Shown here one piece after another: positions 33,387-43,496 of a DNA stretch of 64,000 nucleotides. Source of the stretch: Myxococcota bacterium (GTDB lineage: Bacteria; Myxococcota_A; Bradymonadia; UBA7976; UBA1532); the NCBI GenBank assembly GCA_036337435.1, contig JAYZEG010000058.1:128001-192000 (forward strand), written 5' to 3'. Below the pieces are notes generated by a model. That model did not search any database and had not been told where the DNA came from. It saw nothing but the letters and a program-made list of their open reading frames with translations. Within the stretch, counting starts at the first letter, position 1. Each line of letters opens with the position of its first letter. The translations under genes and the position numbers were made by a program.

Positions 33387-34459
33387 ATCGTTGGTGGCGG
33401 CACATCGGATGGAGTGCGATTTTAATCATCGGTCTAAATGCCTGTGGTTTTCAGTCAAGCGAAGCACCTGAGCCCCCGAATTCCGGACTGGATTTCCCAC
33501 AGGATGTTTTGTTCGTAGACGATCTCTTGGTCGTTGCCAGCACCGGCTATGATGCCTCGGACTGGCGGATGGGACGCATCGATGTCTACCGGATGCCCTC
33601 GTTAGAGCATGTGGGCCAACACACCGTATCTAAATTCAATCCACAGCACTTGTATGAGGATGGAGATGACATCCTCATAGTTAACACAGGAACCTATGAT
33701 TTCTCTGATTTTGATGACCCTAAAGCGGCGACACCGGGGAGCGTAGACCGAATTGAAAAAAGCGATCTCATAGGCATTGGCCAGGCCAAATTGCTCTACT
33801 CATTCGACCAAGAAAATTTTCCTGCGCCCATTGATTTAATTCGACTTAATGAGACTCAATTAGGGATTACTTCAGGTCTGAAACCCATCTTTGGAGTATT
33901 GGACGAGACATTGACAATCCAAGCGATGGCGTCCCTGAATTCAACCGCCTTGGGGCGCTTTGCGCAGTGGAACGAATTGACATTTATCGTCGACTTCAAT
34001 TCCGATACTGCCCACGTTTATGATTCTGAGAACAGAGCACTTTGCGAAATAGAACTGGGCGAGTTTCCTGATGAAATGGAAGGGGCGACAACGCCTGTCA
34101 TCTTTGAGGATGCTCTCTATTACATCCTCGCACTATCTGGGACTGTAAGGCGAATTTCTCTGAGCGAAAGCGCACCGTGTTCTGGCACAGCAAAAACAAT
34201 TATCGCGCCTTTAGGACAAGTACCGAATGATCTGCATGTGAGGTCAGACGGCATCTTCGTTGTCCATTCAGCGGACAATAACTTAATTCAATATGACCCG
34301 CTGAGCGGCGATGAAATTGAACGTTATCCAATGCCCCTGGGAAGTAACCCATGGGCAGCCGCTTTCAGTCACGATGGACGTTACATCGCTGTCACCGAGT
34401 GGGCTCGTCACCAAATTACCCTCATCGATCGGTCAACAGGACAGCTCAGTCGGCTCTAG
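33383..34459 (+). CDS. Lipoprotein, YncE/BtuG-like beta-propeller
   Basis: Lipobox GLNAC; repeated blade-like motifs (FPQDV, NPQHL, APIDL, VPNDL, NPWAAAF); start overlaps the ABC ATPase stop. Confidence 0.7.
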   Translation: MNRWWRHIGWSAILIIGLNACGFQSSEAPEPPNSGLDFPQDVLFVDDLLVVASTGYDASDWRMGRIDVYRMPSLEHVGQHTVSKFNPQHLYEDGDDILIVNTGTYDFSDFDDPKAATPGSVDRIEKSDLIGIGQAKLLYSFDQENFPAPIDLIRLNETQLGITSGLKPIFGVLDETLTIQAMASLNSTALGRFAQWNELTFIVDFNSDTAHVYDSENRALCEIELGEFPDEMEGATTPVIFEDALYYILALSGTVRRISLSESAPCSGTAKTIIAPLGQVPNDLHVRSDGIFVVHSADNNLIQYDPLSGDEIERYPMPLGSNPWAAAFSHDGRYIAVTEWARHQITLIDRSTGQLSRL

Positions 34460-34468
34460 TCCTAGACC

Positions 34469-35860
34469 TCAACCGGTCTTGAGGAACATCACGAGAGCAC
34501 TGCCGATCAGACCCACAATGACAATTGTTCCGATGAAGTATGTCAGTGCCTTATTGCTGCTCCGGTTCGGACCTGTCTTAGATGTGATTGCTTGACCGTA
34601 GTAGCCGGGTCTGGTTGCGTTCTCGTCAACGGTCGCGCCTGGTGCCCTCAGTTGTGGGTGCTCAGACAGGTCGACACTTTCATCCACGGTTTTCGTCTGA
34701 TTTGCCTCCGAGCGAGACACAATGTTTGGACGGCTAGGAGGCAAGCCTGCCCGTTTAATTCGTGGTTCATCAACGGACGGAGCCTCAATCAATGTGGCAT
34801 CGGATGAATCAACTGGTGGTTGGCTGCTGTAGTTAGATAAATCAGAACCGAAAGATGAATGACTGTCTGGTGTAGGGGGTGGACCAGGATGGGTCATCTC
34901 TGACACCATGTTGACGGGCCGAGGCGGAGGCGGCGGGTGGCCTTTCGTCCTTGTCGATATGCTCTCATCAGCATTTTGTTTAGCACTTGGGGAAAATGAG
35001 AGAGAACGGAGTGCTTCGGCCATCTGTTGAGCACTTGAATAACGGTCTTCAGGTTTCTTCTCCAAGACCTTAAAGATCACATCCTGAAACTGTTGATGAA
35101 GATCTTTTCTGCGTTCGATGAGAGGCGGAGGTGGCTCCTTTATATGCTTTAAGACCAGCGAAAAGGGTGTACCCCCTCGAAAAGGTTGTTCCCCCGTCAG
35201 CATTTCATAAGCGACAATCCCGAGGGAATATAAGTCCGTCTCAGGACTCGGTGGCTGACCTTGAGCATGTTCTGGTGCCATATAGTCCGGCGTGCCAAAT
35301 ACGATGCCTGTCTTTGTCAACGTGTCATTGTCACTCTCTTTGACGATGCCAAAATCCATAATGCTGGTATGACCATCGGGTGCGATCATGATGTTGCCCG
35401 GCTTGATGTCACGATGAATCAAGCTGCGTCGGTGAGCGTGGTCTAAACCACTGCAGAGCTGAATCAGAACATCTCGAACTTCTTCAATGCCAAATGGGTC
35501 AGCCAAACCAAGGCGATGTCTTTTGAGTCTTTCCGAGACCGTCCATCCAGTGAGAAATTTCATCACAAAATAATGAACGCCATACTCGTGTCCAATGGCA
35601 TAAACTGGAACAATATTTGGATGGTCAAGACTGGCCATTGCTCGAGCTTCTCGTCTAAATCGCTCGACGGATTCGTTGTCACTATTGTACCGTTTAAAGA
35701 GCACCTTTATAGCAACTGGACGACCGAGCGATTGGTCGATACCTCGGTAAACAATCCCCATTCCACCACGGGCAACCTCACTGAGGATTTCATATTTACC
35801 TTCGAGTGTTACACCGACCAGCTCGATAGGATTCGCCCCCGATTTCTGATCGATAGTCAC
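34469..35860 (-). CDS. Hanks-type Ser/Thr protein kinase with Pro-rich linker and C-terminal TM
   Basis: GGMGIVY, VAIK, HRDIKPGN, DFG, GTPDYMAPE and DLYSLG. Confidence 0.95.
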   Translation of the reverse strand: MTIDQKSGANPIELVGVTLEGKYEILSEVARGGMGIVYRGIDQSLGRPVAIKVLFKRYNSDNESVERFRREARAMASLDHPNIVPVYAIGHEYGVHYFVMKFLTGWTVSERLKRHRLGLADPFGIEEVRDVLIQLCSGLDHAHRRSLIHRDIKPGNIMIAPDGHTSIMDFGIVKESDNDTLTKTGIVFGTPDYMAPEHAQGQPPSPETDLYSLGIVAYEMLTGEQPFRGGTPFSLVLKHIKEPPPPLIERRKDLHQQFQDVIFKVLEKKPEDRYSSAQQMAEALRSLSFSPSAKQNADESISTRTKGHPPPPPRPVNMVSEMTHPGPPPTPDSHSSFGSDLSNYSSQPPVDSSDATLIEAPSVDEPRIKRAGLPPSRPNIVSRSEANQTKTVDESVDLSEHPQLRAPGATVDENATRPGYYGQAITSKTGPNRSSNKALTYFIGTIVIVGLIGSALVMFLKTG

Positions 35861-36064
35861 GGCCGTTACCTCCCCAAAAGCTAATCAACCCAAGGTCTTA
35901 ATCTATAAAACCAAGCCTGCCCCAACTCGGTTATACTCATCGACCATCAGGTCACGCAAGAGTTGATGGGATTAGAGTCACCTTGACGGCGTAATCACAA
36001 ACATTTCTATGGAAGATCGCACGGTTTGATTGACAAGCCGCAGAGAGCATTGGATTTTCTAAGC

Positions 36065-36400
36065 ATGCAACTCTTAGTGACCATCATCAAAGATTATAAA
36101 AAGGTCGAGGACTTGCTACTGGCGTTTGTTGGTATTGAGATCACAGGATCGACGATTCTCGAAGGTAAGGGTATGGGTCAGCTGCTGGGTGACGTGCCTA
36201 TTATGGCTGATCTGCGTGGTCTATTCCCAGGGTCAGGACTTGATTCCTACCTGGTCCTGACGGTCCTGGATTCATCGAAGTTAACGCCAGCCCTAGACTT
36301 GGTGGAAAAGATCTGTGGCAAAATGGAAAACCCCAGTGAGGGTATCGCTTTTTCTGTGCCCATCGGCCAGGTCCGCGGCATTAAAGGTGGATTAATCTAG
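36065..36400 (+). CDS. PII-superfamily (GlnB-like) protein, non-canonical
   Basis: About 111 aa; LLVTII, ITGSTILEGKGMG and EGIAFSVPI follow the PII fold pattern; no canonical T-loop YRG-x-EY. Confidence 0.72.
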   Translation: MQLLVTIIKDYKKVEDLLLAFVGIEITGSTILEGKGMGQLLGDVPIMADLRGLFPGSGLDSYLVLTVLDSSKLTPALDLVEKICGKMENPSEGIAFSVPIGQVRGIKGGLI

Positions 36401-36482
36401 TCTTCGTCCTTGAACGATGCGTTCGCTTTCACTAAATACGTGACGGTGGATCATTCGTCGCTCCAAATGAGGAGACCAAATA

Positions 36483-37688
36483 TTGAAACTGAGCTTTTAC
36501 ATTTTTCTGATTCTAGCAGCCCTCGGTGCCTATATGGCAGATATACTCATCGATCTGCACATCAGTGTAAATTACGCGGGTGGGGGCGATGACGCCACCT
36601 GTGCGGCAGGGTCTAATTTTTCATGCGCTGAGGTTTTAAAAAGTAGCCTTGCTTCTGTTTTCGGGATTCCCATTGCAGTTTATGGACTGGCTTTCTACGC
36701 CGTCACCGCAATTCTGGTCTGCATTCGTCGGTTTAAGGAAAACTTATTACCAGGACTACCAGACGTTTTCTTCGCCGGTGGATTGATCATTACAGTCTAT
36801 TCAATCTTCTTGCTGATTGGCAGCAAGGTGGTCGTCGGAAAATTCTGCATCCGGTGCATGGGCCTCTACGGGGTAAATATCGCCCTTTTCGCCACCGCAT
36901 GGGTGTCACATCCGGATGGAGGACGTGCGGCGTTAGGACGCGTGGCAAAAGTTGTCACATTGCCTGGCTTTTGGGCCACCGTCTTACTGCTTTCCATCGC
37001 CACCCCATCGACTCAATATCGATATTCACAAGCTGCAGATGCAGCCATCAAAGACCAAATTGAAAAGAAACGGATCGAAATTCAGAACACGGCCGACAAC
37101 ATTACTGTTGACCCTGGAAAGAGTCCGATGCGCGGATCGGAAAACGCACCTGTAACTATCATCGAATGGGCCGATTTCCAATGTGGATACTGCCAACAGA
37201 TGGCCTTCAGCCTGAAGGCCGCCTTATCTAAGGCACCGACAGCATTTAAATATCATTTTAAGAATTATCCGCTGACAAATTGCAGCAGCAATGAGGGAAA
37301 TGTTCACCGGTCATGTGCAGCAGCAATCGCTTTTGAGTGTGCAAAAGATCAAGGCAAAGCATGGGACATGCATGACATGCTATTCACCAATAATCATGCA
37401 CTCGGCGATGACCAGTTATATCAGTACGCGAATATGTTGGGTCTTGATGTGGAAACATTTCGCTCGTGTTTGAAGGATCCCAAAGCACATGAGCGCCTAA
37501 AAGCGGATGTCGAACAAGGCATGAAGCTCAAAATCGAAAGTACACCAACCTGGTACATCAATGGGTCTAGACAGGTCGGACCCGTCACACCAAACGTCAT
37601 CTTGAGCATGGTTCAAACCGCGCGCGAGACCGCTAAAAAACCGTCATCCAAAGACCAATCAACGCCGTCAAAAACCCCAGCTAAATAA
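36483..37688 (+). CDS. VKOR-DsbA (thioredoxin) fusion disulfide-bond formation protein
   Basis: VKOR loop cysteines (TC..GSNFSC.EVL.S), FGIP, active site CIRC; C-terminal G.ENAPVTIIEWADFQCGYC and ESTPT. Confidence 0.9.
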   Translation: MKLSFYIFLILAALGAYMADILIDLHISVNYAGGGDDATCAAGSNFSCAEVLKSSLASVFGIPIAVYGLAFYAVTAILVCIRRFKENLLPGLPDVFFAGGLIITVYSIFLLIGSKVVVGKFCIRCMGLYGVNIALFATAWVSHPDGGRAALGRVAKVVTLPGFWATVLLLSIATPSTQYRYSQAADAAIKDQIEKKRIEIQNTADNITVDPGKSPMRGSENAPVTIIEWADFQCGYCQQMAFSLKAALSKAPTAFKYHFKNYPLTNCSSNEGNVHRSCAAAIAFECAKDQGKAWDMHDMLFTNNHALGDDQLYQYANMLGLDVETFRSCLKDPKAHERLKADVEQGMKLKIESTPTWYINGSRQVGPVTPNVILSMVQTARETAKKPSSKDQSTPSKTPAK

Positions 37689-37690
37689 CC

Positions 37691-38539
37691 GTGACCAACC
37701 AATCGAACTCGTTGTTAGACAGTCTGAATCAAAAGACCGTGGGCATCGTTCTTTCAAGTGCATATTTTGGTTTCTATGCCCATACGGGCTTTATGAAAGC
37801 AATTAAAGAGACTGGACTCAAAATCGGTGCGTACTCAGGCAGTTCGTCAGGTTCATTGATCGCCGCTTTATCTGCTTGTGAAACGTTGGACCAAATCACA
37901 CCAAGTTTACTTCAGTTGCGGCGCCGTGATTTCTGGGATCCGTCTGTTCAAGTAGGACGACCCTGGGGGCTCCTGAAAGGGCGGAAACTTCAAGGACTCA
38001 TCGAGCAGTATCTGCCAGTGGATACATTTGAAGACTGCACGACCCCCCTGGTCACCGTCTGTACAAATTTGGAGACGGGCCGTCGACACGTCGACGACCA
38101 TGGGCCCTTGGCTCCGGCCATTGCATCAAGCTGCGCTCTCCCCTTTCTATTCCAACCGATTTCAAGGCGTGGCGTTCGATTCTCCGATGGCGGAATTATC
38201 GACAAAGCACCCATCGAAGCATTGATTAGACATCATAAACTGGATGCTTTGGTGGTGCACATCATCCATTCGAAGAGCATTGGCAAAAAAGCACCATCGG
38301 CACCAAGACGGTTTTTGAATTGGTCATTAGACCAGTGTCGTCAAAGTGCTTGGCAATCACAAGCTTTGCTTGCGGAGGCAATGGGTGTTGAGACCTACAT
38401 TGTCGAATCTGAGCCCGCATCCATCGGTCCATTCACCATGGGGCGTGGTCAACAAATATTGCAGCGCCAAACCATCCAAGTTCAAGACCAGCTCAAACAG
38501 CCCAGTCACCTTTTTCGAGCCAGTTATCTCCTCAGTTGA
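37691..38539 (+). CDS. Patatin-like phospholipase
   Basis: GSSSG nucleophile elbow, ASSCALP and DGG; variant oxyanion loop SSAYFGFYAH. Confidence 0.88.
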   Translation: MTNQSNSLLDSLNQKTVGIVLSSAYFGFYAHTGFMKAIKETGLKIGAYSGSSSGSLIAALSACETLDQITPSLLQLRRRDFWDPSVQVGRPWGLLKGRKLQGLIEQYLPVDTFEDCTTPLVTVCTNLETGRRHVDDHGPLAPAIASSCALPFLFQPISRRGVRFSDGGIIDKAPIEALIRHHKLDALVVHIIHSKSIGKKAPSAPRRFLNWSLDQCRQSAWQSQALLAEAMGVETYIVESEPASIGPFTMGRGQQILQRQTIQVQDQLKQPSHLFRASYLLS

Positions 38540-38548
38540 AGGCATCCA

Positions 38549-39766
38549 TCAATATCGGCTAATGACGAGACCTGATCGAAGTTTAGGCTCAAACCAGGTC
38601 GATTTTGGTGGCATCACTTGTCCGGCATCAGCGATATCCATCAGTTCAGCCAAGCTCGTCGGAAACAGGGAAAAGGCGACGCCTTCGCTGGAAGATGCTT
38701 TCTTTTCTAGCTCTGCCAATCCACGTATGCCACCGACAAAAACGATGCCGTTATCTGTTCTTGGGTCTGCAATGCCCAACATGGGTTCCAAAACCAGGTT
38801 TTGCAAAACGCTGACATCTAACCTTTCGACGGGATCCGATGGGTCAGGTTTTGACGTGTCTTTTAGGTCGAGTCGGTACCACTGACCCGACAAAAACATG
38901 CTGAATTGCTGACGACTCGACGGGGCAAGTGCCCGGTCTAATTTAGACACCTCAAAGTGATGTTCTAACTTCGCCAGCAAGACGTCGACAGAGTGACCGC
39001 CCGTGTGCAGGACAACGCGATTATACGGCAGAATTTTAAGTTCACTATCTGGAAAGGCCACAGCTAAAAAACGGGCCTTTGCATGGTTCTTGTCGAGACC
39101 TTTTCCAATTCTGGACGCGGCCGCCGCCCGATGATGACCGTCGGCGATATATAAGGCGTCAAGTTTTGAAAAGTTTTCATTGATCAAAGCAACGCTCGCG
39201 ACATCCGATATTGGCCAGACTTGATGTCGGATTCCATCGACCGCCACGAAATCAACTTCGGGGTCGTTCTGGGTAACTTTGGCAATGGTCTGATCGATTT
39301 CTTCCTGCGCACGGTACGCAAGAAACACCGGCCCTAAATGAGCTCGAACGGCATCGATATGACGCATCCGATCGTCTTCCTTCGTCGGTCTTGTGAACTC
39401 ATGCTTTTTAATTCGATCGGCCCAATAATCATCCGCAGTGACCAGTCCGACCAAGCCTGTCTGAACGTGATCTCCCATATGCTGCGCATAGGCATAATAG
39501 TTTGGCTGCTCATCTTCCACCAATACGCCCTGAGAGATTAATCGGTCAAATGCCGCACATGCGCCTTGATAACTCGCTTCTCCATAGAGAGACGAGCCGT
39601 CTGGCAAGTCCACATCCGGTCGAGTCACCCTCAGAAGACTATTGGGGGCATCTTTGACCAGTGCACGTGCTTCTTCTGTGTCCACAACGTCATATGGAAC
39701 AGCTGCAACCTCCTGTGCTAACTCTGTACGGGGTCGCCAAGCCTTAAATGCAATAAAATCTACCAT
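38549..39766 (-). CDS. DUF1015 family protein
   Basis: PYDVV, IKKHEFT..KEDDR, YIADGHHR, ILPYNRV and MPPKSTWFEPKLRSGL. Confidence 0.9.
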   Translation of the reverse strand: MVDFIAFKAWRPRTELAQEVAAVPYDVVDTEEARALVKDAPNSLLRVTRPDVDLPDGSSLYGEASYQGACAAFDRLISQGVLVEDEQPNYYAYAQHMGDHVQTGLVGLVTADDYWADRIKKHEFTRPTKEDDRMRHIDAVRAHLGPVFLAYRAQEEIDQTIAKVTQNDPEVDFVAVDGIRHQVWPISDVASVALINENFSKLDALYIADGHHRAAAASRIGKGLDKNHAKARFLAVAFPDSELKILPYNRVVLHTGGHSVDVLLAKLEHHFEVSKLDRALAPSSRQQFSMFLSGQWYRLDLKDTSKPDPSDPVERLDVSVLQNLVLEPMLGIADPRTDNGIVFVGGIRGLAELEKKASSSEGVAFSLFPTSLAELMDIADAGQVMPPKSTWFEPKLRSGLVISRY

Positions 39767-39779
39767 TCTAAATCCTCGC

Positions 39780-41516
39780 TCAGTCCAAATGAAGTTGTGC
39801 CATTGTCGTCGAGACAAATTGCGCTAAGTGGTCGATGGCACGTCGTCTTACATCGTCGATAGATTCGCCATCCAAAACGGGTTCACAAATTTCAAAATAG
39901 AATTTGATCTTCGGTTCTGTCCCAGACGGACGAACCATTAATCGAGATCCATTTGTCATGTGAAAGCCGAGTACATTGCTCTTCGGCAGATCGATGTTCG
40001 TTTGCTCACCAGACTCAAGAATTTTGGTCTCAGAGATGAGATAATCTTTGATCTCGCTAACATTGCACCCGTCTAGTTCCGTGGGTGGATTTGACCTTAA
40101 TTTATCCATCATTTTGGCCATAATTACCTGGCCTGATTGCCCTGGAAATTTAAAGCTTCGTTGCGTGGTCTCATACAACCCGTGCGTCCGATAGAGTTGA
40201 TTTAAACGGCTTTCTAATGAGTGTCCTTGCGCCATTGACCTCGATGCTAAATCAGCAAAAATCAGGGCCGCTGATACGCCGTCTTTATCTCGAACGATGG
40301 GACCAACAGAATATCCAATCGCCTCTTCAAACCCGACGACGAATGAACCTCCTCGGCTTTGCTGCTTCATCCCCTCATGGGCGAGCCATTTAAAACCCGT
40401 CAGGGTCTCGACGCATCGTGCACCATATTCAGCGGCCACTTTTTGTAACATCGATGTCGACACAATGGTGGTCACAACGAGCGTTTCACCGGGGTATTGT
40501 CCATATTTCAGTAATTCATCAGCCAACAAAATGCCGATTTCATTTCCCGTCAATAAGCGATATCCGCCTGCGATAGGAATGGCGACGCAGAGACGATCTG
40601 CATCAGGATCATTTGCAAACACCACATCCGCATCGATGTCATGAGCAAGCTGTAAGGACAGATCCATCGCACCCGGTTCTTCAGGGTTGGGAAAAGCCAC
40701 GGTTGGAAAATCTGGATCTGGGTCGGCTTGCGCACCGACAATGTTGATGTTCTTGTACCCGTTCTCACGTAGAACGCGCTCAACGCTCAATCGACCGACG
40801 CCATGCATTGCAGAGTAGACAATCTTAAGGTCCGTAGGCCCGTCATACACTCTAAGCTGACTCACTGCATCGTAATATCGGTTCTGCGTCTCTTGCGAGA
40901 TAGGGATCAGACGGCCCTGATCACGGGCTGTTTGCAGGTCACCGAGGGGGACATGACTGGTATCCGAAATCATGTCGACTCGCTTAGAAATCCCTGTGTC
41001 GTGGGGGGGTATAATTTGTGCTCCATCGGCCCAATACACTTTATAACCATTATCCTGGGGCGGATTATGGCTGGCTGTGACCATAATCCCGATGGACGCT
41101 TTAACTTCCAGGAGCGCATGGGCCAGTCGGGGGGTTGGCACAACATCGTCGAATACATGGACCGTGAAGCCTTCAGCAAGCAGAACACGTGCTGCATAAT
41201 CAGCAAACTTGCGGGAGCCATAGCGACCATCAAAACCGATGATAGCAACATAGCCTGTGTCACTTTTGATGGTCGCCTTCGTATACGCAGCAAGGGCCGA
41301 TGTAACTCTAATGACCGTCGCTGAATTCATCCGATTCGGACCCGGTCCAAGTGCGCCCCTCAAACCAGCGGTTCCGAAGGAGAGGCTGCGCCCAAAATGA
41401 CTCATGAGTGCCTCTTCATCATTGGCATCGATGAGTGCCTGCCCCTCTGCTTTTGAATCGATATCTGGATCTTGGTCAACCCAATCCTGAGCGACTTTAT
41501 GGATGTTTTGATTCAC
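39780..41516 (-). CDS. Phosphoglucomutase/phosphomannomutase
   Basis: FGTAGLRG, TASHNP, DPDADR, GFEEAIG and RPSGTEPKIKFY. Confidence 0.95.
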   Translation of the reverse strand: MNQNIHKVAQDWVDQDPDIDSKAEGQALIDANDEEALMSHFGRSLSFGTAGLRGALGPGPNRMNSATVIRVTSALAAYTKATIKSDTGYVAIIGFDGRYGSRKFADYAARVLLAEGFTVHVFDDVVPTPRLAHALLEVKASIGIMVTASHNPPQDNGYKVYWADGAQIIPPHDTGISKRVDMISDTSHVPLGDLQTARDQGRLIPISQETQNRYYDAVSQLRVYDGPTDLKIVYSAMHGVGRLSVERVLRENGYKNINIVGAQADPDPDFPTVAFPNPEEPGAMDLSLQLAHDIDADVVFANDPDADRLCVAIPIAGGYRLLTGNEIGILLADELLKYGQYPGETLVVTTIVSTSMLQKVAAEYGARCVETLTGFKWLAHEGMKQQSRGGSFVVGFEEAIGYSVGPIVRDKDGVSAALIFADLASRSMAQGHSLESRLNQLYRTHGLYETTQRSFKFPGQSGQVIMAKMMDKLRSNPPTELDGCNVSEIKDYLISETKILESGEQTNIDLPKSNVLGFHMTNGSRLMVRPSGTEPKIKFYFEICEPVLDGESIDDVRRRAIDHLAQFVSTTMAQLHLD

Positions 41517-41524
41517 GATAAATC

Positions 41525-42547
41525 CTACCGAAAATAGTGTCTAATGAGTGCGTTTATTTGATCAGCTTGATCGACCATGTCAGTCGCCAAAAACAGCATG
41601 GCTCGAGTCCTGGCAATATTGTGTAACCGGCGCGAGGGATAGCGCTGCGCATCAAACGCAAAATAATCGTCTACCATGACGTCTCGAGCAAAGCGGCACG
41701 CGAGTTCCATTGTAATCGTCCGACCCGCTTGCGGAAGGTAATCAAGTTCGTGGTCGGTAAGCTCAAGACCCTCTGCCGCATATCCCGCCAAGATTGACTC
41801 AAAACGGTCTATCCGAAAGTGCTGTTGCTCATCCTCGCTGCCATCGCGACACCACGACCGAATGGCGTCACCGATGTCCACAAGAACGGTATGGCGATTA
41901 CAGGTATCTAGATCGATCAGCCCAATGGCAGCGTCGCCATCAAACAGGACATTACTAATTTTCGGATCACCATGAACAACGCGTTGGGGCAGGGAATCCG
42001 GCAAGATCAGACTCGGCAGTTGATCAAGAATTTGCTCTACCTCTGGCTTTATCAGATGGAGAGCGGACTCATAGGCAGGTGTTTGTATCGCGTCTTTAAG
42101 ACCAGCTAGGTGCGCTCTCGTGTCATGAAGTGGATGCTGTGATGCAAAGTGGTGATCCAAATCTGCAACGATCTTGTGAAACCGGCCAAGTGCTCGCGCA
42201 CCTTGCTCCGCTTCAACAGCTGACTCAACCTTGGCCTTCGTATAGCCTGGAACCCAGCTCGACATACGCCACCATCGATGATCTTTATCTACGAAAACGG
42301 GTTCATTTGCCGAGGTTCTAATCAGACGGGGCGCGACTAATTTACGGTCATACAAAAAATTCGTCACGGCCTCAAAGTCGCCGATTATTTCGTTGGTGGC
42401 CAACTTCTTGTGTAGCCTTTGTAGCGTAAATTGACCCTCGTCTGAATCGACGAGATAGGTTGAGTGCATCAAGCCGCTTTTAATCTCGGTCACTGTTTTT
42501 AGTCGCCCGATTGGAAACTTTTCAGCGATCTGGTCAATGGCGTTCAT
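41525..42547 (-). CDS. APH/choline-kinase-fold phosphotransferase (N-acetylhexosamine 1-kinase-like)
   Basis: Brenner motif HGDPKISN, IDLDT, DIGDAIRS and ELACRF..D....YF. Confidence 0.82.
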   Translation of the reverse strand: MNAIDQIAEKFPIGRLKTVTEIKSGLMHSTYLVDSDEGQFTLQRLHKKLATNEIIGDFEAVTNFLYDRKLVAPRLIRTSANEPVFVDKDHRWWRMSSWVPGYTKAKVESAVEAEQGARALGRFHKIVADLDHHFASQHPLHDTRAHLAGLKDAIQTPAYESALHLIKPEVEQILDQLPSLILPDSLPQRVVHGDPKISNVLFDGDAAIGLIDLDTCNRHTVLVDIGDAIRSWCRDGSEDEQQHFRIDRFESILAGYAAEGLELTDHELDYLPQAGRTITMELACRFARDVMVDDYFAFDAQRYPSRRLHNIARTRAMLFLATDMVDQADQINALIRHYFR

Positions 42548-42626
42548 GTAGGACTCAACTCAGAATTAGAGTCGACAGTGTGCTGTAAGCAAGAATCGTT
42601 GGCAAGAGCTGTAGAAGTCTAAATGT

Positions 42627-43346
42627 TCACGCTCGCTGTCTTATGGATCGAACAAGTCCGAAAAGAGCAAGACACGCGGTAAAAACCATCAACAGTACGA
42701 CCACCAGGTCCGTCCAACGATCACTGGGCTTCTGGGTCAGGTCAAAGATAAGTAATTTCTCGGAATCAGGAATCGCCCATCGAATTCTTAACGCGGATTC
42801 CGTCTTCCTTAAGTAGGCCAATTTACTTGGGTCGATAAGCCGTCCGGCATCGTCAAATTCAAAACCGGTGATACTGCCCTTTCGCTCTCGAAAGCGCATG
42901 ACATCGTCTCGATCAGCAGGAATTACACCGATGACGTTGGCACCGACAAGCTTGACGTAATATTTTACACCTTCAAGAGACTCCTTCGTCTCAAATTGGC
43001 CATTGCGAAAAGGTTGCTCGCCGTTTTTCTTGGCTGTCGCCAATGCGCTGAGCTGCCCATTTATACCCTTTAATTTGCAAAAAAGATCGTGTTCTAGACG
43101 GGGCGCAGATCCAGGTTCTTTTGCTTCCTGACTGGGTCTCAGGCTTAAATCACCACAATCCGTCGGTTCTGCGAAGAAAAATGAGGCTTTCGGCCAAGTC
43201 TGATAGGCCAAGAACAACGCGCCGATCAATACTCCGACCAAGATGATTGGATGACGCATCGTGAAGCCGCGCTGGTTTCTAAATCGCTCCATGTCATCGA
43301 TGGCGCGAAAGTCTGCCTCTGACCAGTCACTCTCGTGTTTAGACAT
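42627..43346 (-). CDS. Hypothetical membrane protein (two TM helices flanking an extracytoplasmic domain)
   Basis: Long ORF with hydrophobic segments near both termini and two Cys in the loop. Confidence 0.72.
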   Translation of the reverse strand: MSKHESDWSEADFRAIDDMERFRNQRGFTMRHPIILVGVLIGALFLAYQTWPKASFFFAEPTDCGDLSLRPSQEAKEPGSAPRLEHDLFCKLKGINGQLSALATAKKNGEQPFRNGQFETKESLEGVKYYVKLVGANVIGVIPADRDDVMRFRERKGSITGFEFDDAGRLIDPSKLAYLRKTESALRIRWAIPDSEKLLIFDLTQKPSDRWTDLVVVLLMVFTACLALFGLVRSIRQRA

Positions 43347-43496
43347 ATTCAATCTTCCTAGATAGCGTCATCGGCTTTAACCGCCCCAAGAACGATGTTT
43401 TTCATCGAGATGAGACAGCTGTTCGAAGCCAATGTTTCTCGTGTTCAGAGACCAAACAGACGAACCAGCTGATGATAAATCACTCGGTTGTTTAAT

